In this document: positions 54,075 to 64,000 of the stretch, one piece after another
How positions within the stretch are numbered: position 1 is the stretch's first letter
Layout of the letters: each line of letters starts with the position of its first letter
Assembly (NCBI GenBank): GCA_021613535.1
Contig: CP075494.1
Location: 9,300,001 to 9,364,000, forward strand
Source of the DNA: Adineta vaga
Lineage: Eukaryota > Animalia > Rotifera
Length of the DNA stretch: 64,000 nucleotides
Reading direction: 5' to 3'
Notes under the pieces: model-generated
Database searches by the model: none
What the model saw: only the letters and a program-made list of their open reading frames with translations
What the model was told of the DNA's origin: nothing
Program-made: the position numbers and the translations under genes

Positions 54075-56366
54075 TCATTTATGTGTTGATTCTTGTTCGA
54101 ATATTTCTTTCCATTTTGGTGGCATTACATCGAGTAATTCTTGATAAAATGTTTGCATTCGTGAACGTACTAATGATCCACGAGAATATCCACTAATTTG
54201 TGTAACAAAATTACCTAAATTAACTTGATTTGTTTCATCTATACTTGCTAAAATATCATTCGCCATTCTTTGTACATTTTGTCGTGCATTTTCAGTTTTT
54301 AATAATGTATCATCCGTATTCGATAGATTCAAATTATATGCATTGGCAAATTCTTGTAGATTTTTCAATTTACGTGCTAAAATAACATGAGATTTATTTC
54401 GATGTTTTAATAGTTGGTGATGTTGATTTGTTTCATTATCTGATTTGACCTCTTCTTCATTGGTACCAGTAGGTAATGATGATGGATTTGTACCAGCCAT
54501 TGCTTTCCACATATCGACAAGACCGTTCACATCACGATGTTGCATTGTTTTATTTTGACCACGAACAATACGAACATCATCATGCCAAAATTGTGCTTGA
54601 AGAAAAAATTCCATAGATTACAAAGAAAAAAAATCAATAAATTTAATTCTACCGATTTCATCATCACGAACAATGGGAACTACTTCTTTAATACGTAAGA
54701 TGATCATTGATACAACTAAATAATAAATTATTCAAACGTATACGATAGTCTTTCACAACAATAAATTTTGACTTACCAATAATACAGATAATATTAGTTA
54801 TAGTTAGTATAAACGAACAAACTCCTAGTAAACCTGTTTCTGTCGCCATATAACATGAATAAATTGGCTTATAATCATTACCAACGAATTTCGTACAATT
54901 TTTCGCAACAGCCGTCAATGCATCGATTTTTTCATGGGGTTCAAACATTGTTGTTTGTTTTCCAATCTCTGGTATTAATGCTGATAAAAATGCATAACTA
55001 GAAAGAAGACCAGCATTCACAGCTGGTGGAAGAAGACTAGCACTAATGGCAACACCAACCTAAACATAGAATTCATTTATTTCTTTTTCTTTTTAAATAT
55101 TTATTAATAGTCATACAAGACTTCCAATATTTCCACCCAATACACTCAAAGCTGCTCCTGCTCCAGAAGGTAATGCAACGAGAGCTCCAGCCCATAAACG
55201 ACGAATATCACCTCTATATTAAAATAACATATTATAATCAAGAAAATCTTCCGTCAATGCTTTATTCAGATTGTACCTTGAACGCATTTCATGTGTTGGA
55301 AAAGAATTTGACGAACCCCATTTTGTTTCTGACCATGTCGTACATAGTCCGGCAATAAATCCGGTTAATATCGCGACAAATAATCCAATAGCTTCTGTTT
55401 TTAATCCAACTTTCCACAAACGTGAATCACCAATACATAAACCAAACACAATACCTAATATTGGTCCCTATCAAATTCGAATTTTTGTTCACTTAATTTC
55501 ATCTTAAAACTTCTATCATTATCTTACCATTAATGGAGATACTAACATTGAAGCAACAAGAATTCTTAAAATGAAAAAAATAAACAAATGTTATTATGTC
55601 AGTTGAAAACAAATCATTTTACACCGGATTATCTTCTAGTAAACCTAATAAGGCAATAAATGATGCCAATATTGTTAATAGAAGAAAATCGAATGAAAAT
55701 AAAGTTTGTCCACGTATCGCATTTACTACTTGTAAAACTGTTAGTCGTGCACGGATACTTCGTTTAAAATCACTTTGCTTTGTTCCTAATCGTTTATGTA
55801 ATTCTTGATCATCACTGGCCAATGGTTGAGATTCAGTTGCATTCTCAATTTCTTTTCCTGGATCACTTATATCGACAATAGTTGGCGTTATTGATGTAAG
55901 ATTATGAATTCCAAGTGCACAAGAAAGAGGAAGAATGAATACTTTTGAACCTTGACGAATACCTATTTCAGCTAGACGTAATTCTTCAAGAATGAAATCT
56001 GAATGTTGACCTAATTCAGCAAAACATGTAATAAAAAAATGTTGACGATCTTCAGAAAGAATCTATTAAAGAAAGAAAGAAAGAAAGAAGAGTATTGTAT
56101 CAAACAATTTAAAATATTCATTGTACCCAAATAGCATCGATGAGATTTAATTTTGTACTCAAATGAAAACGAAAACGTGATGTTAATGAAGAACCACATC
56201 CTGTACAAGGAAATTCTTTTGAATGTTCGATTTCAGGTGTTGTAGTCGTTATTTTGATTGGTAAATCAGTTGGATCTTTAACAACTTGTGCAGTATCAAG
56301 AGATTGTTGTTGTTCTGTATTTAAATCATTTGGAATAATAATTATTAAAATACCTTGACCAGCCAT
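54075..56366 (-). CDS. DUF389 family multi-pass membrane protein
   Basis: LVASMLVSPLMGPILG, ALPSGAGAALSV, LVGVAISASLLPPAVNAG. Confidence 0.88.
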
Positions 56367-57075
56367 CGATTATCAATCAATACAGTACCGTTTGCTCAAT
56401 GCTTCTATTCTACACTAGAAGAAATGAAATGGTTGTCATGGTATGTACATGTCTGATTACGTGTTTAAGAGTCTGGAACAAAGAAGAAAAAAAGAAACAT
56501 TACAATCATTTTTCAGTTGATGATGTGATGTTTATTCTTTTGAATAACCATCCACGTGGTTATGTAAGTACATCGACTTTATATGTCTATCAATTCATAG
56601 TAGACTTACTGAGTTCTCATACCAAAAAAATAAAATATAGAGTACATGTTTATTCGAATTATGGTTGCAAAATATGACTTACAATACTAATCGAACTACA
56701 CAGCAAAACTATTTTTCTTTTATCTTGAATGAAATTCCAAATCTTTATCTACTATGAAGTCTATATTGTTTTTCGAATTATTAACTATGGTCGAAGCTAA
56801 ATTGAATAGTCTAATTTACAATATACTAACACTCACACTAATTCACATATAATTTTAGTCGTAAAATTGTATAAACCCATTATTACTGACTTTTAAATTT
56901 ATTGGTACGAAATGTACTTTTAATATATTAAATACAAAGATATTTTCATAATTCTCAATAGTCAAGTAATTATAGTAGTAAAATTCTAAATTTGTTATAT
57001 TCATAAAAGAGGAATTAAAGAAAGAGTTATTCTTTATTCGTGTATGCATCTTGTTCATGCATATTATTTTATTAA

Positions 57076-58056
57076 TTAGATGTGTCGGTGTGTTTTTGAT
57101 CGACGTGTCACTGTCAATACAATGGGAGCGATCATATTTCGTTGTCGATGATGTCGGTTACAGATTGTTCCAAATATAGTAGCTAAACAAATGAATGGAT
57201 AGATAATAAAAATGAAATAATTCAAAAATTCGAAATATGGTTCAAGATGTTCAACAGTATCATCATGTAAACCACAAAATTGAGCAAGTTCTAAGACCAT
57301 CATTGGTAAATTGAAAGCAAGATAAACCAAAGATATTGATAGAAGAATAATAATGATTTTTCGATGTTTATGCCATTGAATTTGTCGATGAAGTCGAACA
57401 TGATTATGGTAAATAACACGAATAATTAATGATATACTAAATATTGCTACAAGAAGTGTAGCTAATATATCATTGATTAGAGTGTCGTACAAGATTAAAA
57501 TTTTATTTTTATATAAACATGATGATGAACACCAGAATTCATCAAAATCATAATGATTTTCACAGGGTGGAAAGGCCATAACTATCAGATAATACAATGG
57601 ACAGTAGATAAGAATTAATGTGATAGGTAAATAATGGACGAAGAATCGTTTTCTTCGATTTGATATCCATTGATCGTGAAAGATAAAGATATGTCTTTCG
57701 AGTGACGCCCAAGCCATAAGAATTGTCATTGTGTCTGCATAACCATCACCAACAAACCACCAGAGTTGACATGTTGCTGGTACTTGTGGCCAAACATAAC
57801 CTAATCGAAGATAATTCAAATACATCGGCAGATGTATGAGTAAGAAAATCAATCCAGCAATAATTTGAATGATAATTATACGATGATTTAATGAACGACG
57901 ATACTTTTGTTTACTAAATATGATACCAAGAATAAATAAAGAACATAGAATAGATGCAGTTGTTGGAATAAGAAGGATCCAAAAACGAAGAGTTGGTGAT
58001 ATAGCTAACTCTTCATCGGAATCATCGTGATCATCATGATCAGTTGATGAATTCAT
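57076..58056 (-). CDS. Intronless rhodopsin-like 7TM GPCR
   Basis: Seven hydrophobic segments, WASLERH (DRY equivalent), FNLP, YPF. Probable start MNSSTD at 58056. Confidence 0.9.
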   Translation of the reverse strand: MNSSTDHDDHDDSDEELAISPTLRFWILLIPTTASILCSLFILGIIFSKQKYRRSLNHRIIIIQIIAGLIFLLIHLPMYLNYLRLGYVWPQVPATCQLWWFVGDGYADTMTILMAWASLERHIFIFHDQWISNRRKRFFVHYLPITLILIYCPLYYLIVMAFPPCENHYDFDEFWCSSSCLYKNKILILYDTLINDILATLLVAIFSISLIIRVIYHNHVRLHRQIQWHKHRKIIIILLSISLVYLAFNLPMMVLELAQFCGLHDDTVEHLEPYFEFLNYFIFIIYPFICLATIFGTICNRHHRQRNMIAPIVLTVTRRSKTHRHI

Positions 58057-58782
58057 CAATGTGTTATTGCGGAGATAGTCACATCCATAACTAACAAAGA
58101 AATGACGTTCTATCGAAGGTTTTAAAAACAAGACAATTTCTGAGGATATAAATAGGTGAAATGACTTTTGAGATTAATTGCTCGTTTCTGTGTTTGAAGA
58201 GTCTTTTAAGTATAAATAATTATTTATTGTTCTGCATTTGAAATCTGACAAAGTTTCTGAGAAAAATACTAAAACTAATTTTTATTTTTATAAAGAAAAA
58301 GGCCAAAATCAAAAATAATCTTTATTGTTTAAATAATCAGACACCTGTGTACTGTTATCATTATACATTGCGAAGGGTCAAATGTACTGGAATAAAATGT
58401 TCTTATTTTATATTCAAGAGGTCTGTTTATATATATATTCCGTTAAGAAAATTAGATCAGATCGTGTATCGTTTCGCACAATCAAACTCGTACATGTTTA
58501 AATAAGTGTTAGTACTTCATCGTCGAAATATTCATACCAATGAGTTCATGAGTAACAAGGACAGTACACAGATTTAGTTCCATGAAAAAAATCCGATTAA
58601 TTCGTTATTTTACGATGGAAAAAAGCGAAAAAATATGATCTATTTCAAATGTATATGTAAATAGACTTCCACAAGACAAAAGAGAAAAAAAAGGAAACGA
58701 TTGTATTCCGAATAAAAGATAGAGTAAACACATGAATTCATTGCTTGACAAGAAAAGAAATGAATACCAATTGTTCTGATTA

Positions 58783-60197
58783 TCATCGATCAGGTTCACT
58801 TGTATCGGCAGTTAACATTTGATATAGAACTCGATCAGACATACAACCACGAATGAATTCTTCTTCTGTAATTACTCTATAAAAATACGAAGAAATATTT
58901 CTATTGATTTCATCATATTAATACTCACCCATTATTATCTTCATCCTATTCATAGAGCAGAAAATTTAATTACTTTTAATGACAAAATGAGATATAGAAA
59001 TCTTACCATAATAGCAAAGATTTGTGCTGTTCGACTTTCCGGTGTATCATTTGGATCACGACCTGACATGGCACCGTTCGATGCACCTTTTATAACACCA
59101 GCACCGAGTAAATCATAGATTGACTAAACAGAAAACAGAGCATTGATGTTCTTCTTCTTCTTCTTCTTCTTCAATTCGAATTCTTTCAACATACTTCAAT
59201 AATTCGAAGCATTTCTTGTCGATCAACACTGCCATTCGAATCAATATCATACATTTTGAAAGCCCATTTCAATTTTTTCTCAGGATTACCTTTCGCTGTG
59301 ATATTGATTGCCATTAGAAATTCTCTATAAAACAGTTTAATATTCACAAGAAACATAAAAACAATTTTCTTTACTTGAAATCAATTTTCCCGGAATTATC
59401 AGCATCAAATGTACGAAATATATGCGTACAAAATGCTTCTGCTTGTCCATTAGGAAAAAATTGTCGATAAACTTGAATGAATTTCTTTTTAGTTAATTCA
59501 CCAGTTGGACAATCAAGCTACAAGATAGCAATGCGATCTTTTTTTTCTCAACAAATAAAATCATTACGAACAATTTATTCTATATTTAGAATTCTGACAC
59601 GATGTTTCCTGAAGTTTATTACAATATTAATAAGTTTATATGAACTATAATTACATAAACGGGTTCTCATAGATTAAAATCCTTCCTTAGATGAAATAAC
59701 AAACTAAACAAAAAATGGCTTCTAAAAATACCTAAAAGGATGTTTACACACAGAGTTTTTCTTCCTCTTTCTCTCTCTTTTAATATTATTTAACGATTAC
59801 TAGCTCGAATCTAGTCAGTGTATTCACCCGAGAAAGATATGATTATAAATTTGAATAAATCTCTCGTTGTTTACTCAAATGAAAAGAAGAAATGTTAATC
59901 AAGTGATATAACGTCAGTTGTTTTGCGTGTTCTTTCATTGAAAAGAGACGAAGAAAAAAGAATGTACTAGGTAGTTCAAACATAAACCAACTTCCATTGT
60001 TAGTTTTTCGAGAAAAAGAAAAAATCTTTTGATCGTATATCTGACGCTTTAGATGATTAGAATATAATAGACTTCGGTGTACTTACGATAAAACCTTCAT
60101 ACCAATCGGTAATTTGTTCTCGAGTAAATTCTGTATTTTCTTCAAGAAATTGTAAATCAGCTTTGGAAAGTTTCTTTTTCGATGATGAACAGCCCAT
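58783..60197 (-). CDS. Neuronal calcium sensor (NCS/neurocalcin family) EF-hand protein, absent from the ORF track
   Basis: [12 protein letters not shown].., WYEGFI|[58 protein letters not shown]. Confidence 0.93.
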
Positions 60198-60400
60198 TAT
60201 GTTTTAGTTGTAGAAGAATATATCGAAAACATGATTAGTAATTAAACTTTTTTGGAAGATTTTCAAAACTAAATATCAATTTGAAAGTAACTAATCGACA
60301 GTTAGCTTGTAGTTCGTCGGTTTATTGATGTATGTTCTAATGATTTTCTCTCTTTGACGTTTTCTTCTTTTTTTTTTGTTACAAATAGCGAAAAAAAATG

Positions 60401-60575
60401 CGAGAGAGAGAAACAGAGAGAGAGAGAGAGATAGAGAGAGAGAATAACTATCTAGCCGAAACAATATGGAGCTCGTAACAGACGGGTGAGTGAATTTTTC
60501 TCAATAACATTGCTAATTCAATTGGCAAACACATATATTACCCGTTGTCGTCATCATCATCATCATCATCATCAT
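60401..60575. repeat. (GA)n and (CAT)n microsatellites upstream of the NCS gene
   Basis: gagagaga run at ~60402-60443 and catcatcat run at ~60552-60575. Confidence 0.85.
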
Positions 60576-60971
60576 CCGTTCAGTTTCTATTGCTTTTTCT
60601 TTTTAATCATAACATAAGCGAACGACAATTTATCAACGATCTTAACGATGAAAATACGACACATACTTGATAGAATTAGCAAAGTTTAGTTCGATTTTGT
60701 CAAGAAAGATTATTGATAAAACTGATTGGCGTGCTTTTTTTTTATTGAAATTATCAAAGTTAGGATGACACTGACAAAACGAAAGAATTGAGTCAACTAT
60801 TTCTGATTTATTTTTAAAACTATGTAGTTATATGAAACAAGATTCACTACATTGTCTTATACCAGATGGTTCCACATCATTAAAAACATTTGTTATTTCA
60901 TGTTACCAACACTATCGAACAAGAATGAATGTAGATTAAGTCCTTTTCTTTTAATTTTGAAAGAATTGCTT

Positions 60972-61865
60972 CTATGATCGTTTTTTATCGAAAATATATT
61001 GAGCCCAATTCGCATTACAAGGTGTTTGAGGTTCATGCCATTTGACTGGAATGATGTTGTTGAGTGATGAAAAATGAGGTGTTAAATATTGATCCCATGC
61101 TTGTCGAGTTTCTATTAAATCATTTACATTCTGATGAGCTCGGAGAAAATCATGAGCATCGGAATTTATTGATTCATAAAATGATCGATCGTTATTATTA
61201 AAAAGACTATTATATAAATCAATATCAGAACCATGTGCTTTTCTTTCGATTTCCTGTTGATATTCATGTAATTTCGTAGTACAAAGATTCTCAACTTGTG
61301 TTAATTCATCTAAAGTTTGACTATTTGGCTGCTGTGGTTGACGATTATTTTTTGATTGTTTTAGATTTTTAATTGTTTGAAGAAGTGCATTGATTTCTCG
61401 AATTTTTTCTTCAAGAGATTTTTCATTTGTTGACTGTTGTTCTTCAATCATATCAATTGAAACTTTCTCTTCTTTTCGTCGACGAAGACGTGCACGTTTA
61501 GCTTTTCGTCGTTGAATTTTCTTTTGAATATTTCTAATCAATTCAGCATCGTAGATGAAATTATTCGATTGTTCAATTTGATTTTTTAATTCTAAAAGAC
61601 GTTCTCGATTGGAATGATTCAATGCATGAACATATTGTTGAAGAAGATGAGCATGTTGAATTAATTTTTGACGATATTCAAATAATGTGACTTGAGTCGA
61701 GGTTAAGTCTTGTTGTTGTTCTTTTTTTCTTTCAAGCCAAATTTTTAACCATTGATGATCAATTTTCGATTGTTCTAATAACTTCAAACCTTCATGAATA
61801 ATTGATTCACGAGTTGGAATAGGTGGTGGAGGATAATTAGGAACGAATGATTGATAAGTTTGCAT
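60972..61865 (-). CDS. PDCD7: Programmed cell death protein 7 (U11/U12 snRNP 59K)-like
   Basis: Pro-rich start, basic coiled coil, and C-terminal RQAWDQYL..IPVKWHEPQTPCNANWAQY. Confidence 0.78.
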   Translation of the reverse strand: MQTYQSFVPNYPPPPIPTRESIIHEGLKLLEQSKIDHQWLKIWLERKKEQQQDLTSTQVTLFEYRQKLIQHAHLLQQYVHALNHSNRERLLELKNQIEQSNNFIYDAELIRNIQKKIQRRKAKRARLRRRKEEKVSIDMIEEQQSTNEKSLEEKIREINALLQTIKNLKQSKNNRQPQQPNSQTLDELTQVENLCTTKLHEYQQEIERKAHGSDIDLYNSLFNNNDRSFYESINSDAHDFLRAHQNVNDLIETRQAWDQYLTPHFSSLNNIIPVKWHEPQTPCNANWAQYIFDKKRS

Positions 61866-62169
61866 TTTGAATGATCTGGAATAAGGTAAATGTAAAACAC
61901 AAGATCAAACCATGCTTGAATACTCTTCACATTGTGTTCCGATGAATTAATTCGACTTTTCTCTATATTATCTCAAAAAAATCTCGTTTTTCGCTGATTG
62001 ATTTTCATTTATTGAGAACAATACATTTAACATGACAAAAAAAAGAGAGTAATTGATTGGTACCAAAACGTATTAACATTCAAAATTATTCATTAATAAA
62101 ACAAAAAAATAGATATAGGAATAACCAGAAATGATTACTAATAGCAATTACATGCATCGTAATGTGATC

Positions 62170-64000
62170 TCATTCTTGAGTATGTGAAAGTTTTCGTGGA
62201 TCAAATGTAGGTGAATCTGGTGTACATGGTTGACAACTCAGATATCCCGATGTACTTATTGATGGATCATCTGTATCCGATGAATATCCAATTAAATCTG
62301 TACCAAAATATCGATCACCAAAATTACCCAAACCAGGACAAATAAAACCTGTTTCAGGATCGAGTTGAGTATCACATGCTGTTGTTACTATTTTCACTTT
62401 TGGGAACGCATATGCTACTGTGTGTATTCCTATTATTCAAATTCATAGATATTCAATAATGATCCTATACAAACAAACAGACCTTGTTTTGATACTAATA
62501 GTGAAAGTAGTGCGATTTTCTCTTCGGGAACATTGTGATCTAATAATACTCGTATGGCCATTAGTGCTGCCGCACCAGTTGCTAAAATAAAAATCATTTT
62601 AGATTAATCAAATTAGGAAAAAACAAATGATTGGAATACCAATCGTAGCATCAAGAATTAATACATAAGCATCAGCAATATCACGAGGTAATCGAAGATA
62701 ATGAAGCTAATAATTAGCAAGATGAAATAGGGTTGATGAATATTTTGAAAAAAAAGTGTAATATTTAGGTTTACTTCTGGTTCGCCCGTACGTTGATTTG
62801 TTTGAATTAAAATTTTTCCAATTTTTGCATTTTTATAAATTTCACTCAATGCAGGTTCTAAACATTCGCCAGCTCGAACAATCGATACACCACACACCTA
62901 GAAATATCTCTTTCATTTTCTTTTCAGTTTTAATTTATATTTACATCGGAATAGACATGTTTTTTTCCTAGATATAGAAGACCTTGTGGTGTTTCAACAG
63001 TAACATTCTAAAGAAGAAGAAAAACAAATTAATGAATAATCTCACAGATATGTTTTTTTAATAAAATTACCTCAAATGGTAACAACGATAGAGCATATTC
63101 AATCAAAATTCGCATCAGACGTTTTGAATAGAAAATAAATTCATCACGATCCGTCTCTTTATTTCTTTATTATGAAAAGAAAACACTTCATTTAAGAATT
63201 AAATCATAGAACTTACCGAATAATCGTATGTAGATATTTTACTTGCGCTGTCTGATCTATTATAAAGAATGTATCAGGCATTGGAGAATCATCAATTAAT
63301 TCAGATTGATGAAAAAGTTGTGTTCGAACTTTTACACCACGCTAAAAGAGAAGTGATGTCGAAATAGAATTATATTAGTGTTAAATAATTCCACCATATA
63401 CTTTATGTAGTTCACGATTCACATGTTGTATAATCAAATCAATAGCGATTTGATTTTCACCACCTAAGAATAGAATTATTCGTTTCTGTAGAAGAAAATT
63501 TAACATACTTACCTCTTGGAACAATTAAATCGGCATGAGTCATCGTTGGTGCAATGTAATGATCATAAGAAGGTTTAACAAAACGTGTATATTGTTGTAT
63601 AACACCTTCAATTTCTCTTCCACGTTCTGCAATATCTCGTTCAAGTCTTCGTGCTAGACGAATATCTGCGTCAGTATCCACAAATATTTTCATGTCCAAA
63701 ATCTATGAATAAAATAAAAAACAAATAAGTAGATCAATTGTTTTTTACAGATTGACTTACATCACGAAGTTCTTTATTGAAGAAAGCTAGAATACCTTCG
63801 AAGATGACTACATTAGCACCATAGAGTTTTTTCTATAAAACAAAAAATACATATTCAAGAAGGTATGTTTTTTAATAAAACTTACTGAATATGATTCACG
63901 AGAATGAGTAGTAAAATTGTACAATGGAATTTCCACCTAAAATGAAACTCATAGAAGATTCGTTGGTTCTGTTCCTATTGATTGCTCTTACTTGTTTGCC
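62170..64000 (-). CDS. UCKL1: Uridine-cytidine kinase-like 1 (kinase plus UPRT-like domain); 5' part outside the window
   Basis: [59 protein letters not shown]. Confidence 0.95.

Noticed and set aside
54075-56366. DUF389 as a bacterial HGT candidate
   Set aside because: The family also occurs in other invertebrates and the gene is intron-rich; no sequence evidence for recent transfer.
61131-61170. Hammerhead-like core CTGATGAG...GAAA
   Set aside because: No proper stems, and it lies antisense within the PDCD7 CDS.

Overview
AT-rich, gene-dense eukaryotic (animal) genomic DNA with many short (~45-70 bp) GT-AG introns, so the ORF track mostly shows exon fragments. Inference: a bdelloid rotifer. 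This rests on the intron size, a family of intronless 7TM GPCRs, foreign-looking genes and an interstitial (TGTGGG)n tract. About 23 protein-coding genes can be assembled: a polyamine oxidase, an ankyrin protein, SLC35E3, NOP56, ARPC4, AOX, a Grg1-like peptide, an SLC9C-like exchanger, a LamG protein, C1orf87-like, an orphan membrane protein, PSMC3, a DxD glycosyltransferase-like protein, CAP-G, NRBP, DNAL1, a Ly6/GPI protein, two LYPLA/APT paralogs, DUF389, a GPCR, an NCS protein, PDCD7 and a partial UCKL1. A decaying island at ~3.2-8.3 kb holds a mariner remnant, two CCCAGG-ended MITEs and pseudogenes. The best candidate system is at 17.9-20.1 kb. There a fungal-looking alternative oxidase sits directly upstream of a 71-aa fungal Grg1/ccg-1-like gene missing from the ORF track, and both have stress-type promoter elements (ATF4/CARE, CRE, HSE-like). 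Also notable: an SLC9C-type exchanger with a charge-poor voltage sensor and degenerate CNBD, a cassette microexon in NRBP, and LYPLA paralogs only 106 bp apart. All family calls are from recalled motifs, not from database searches.
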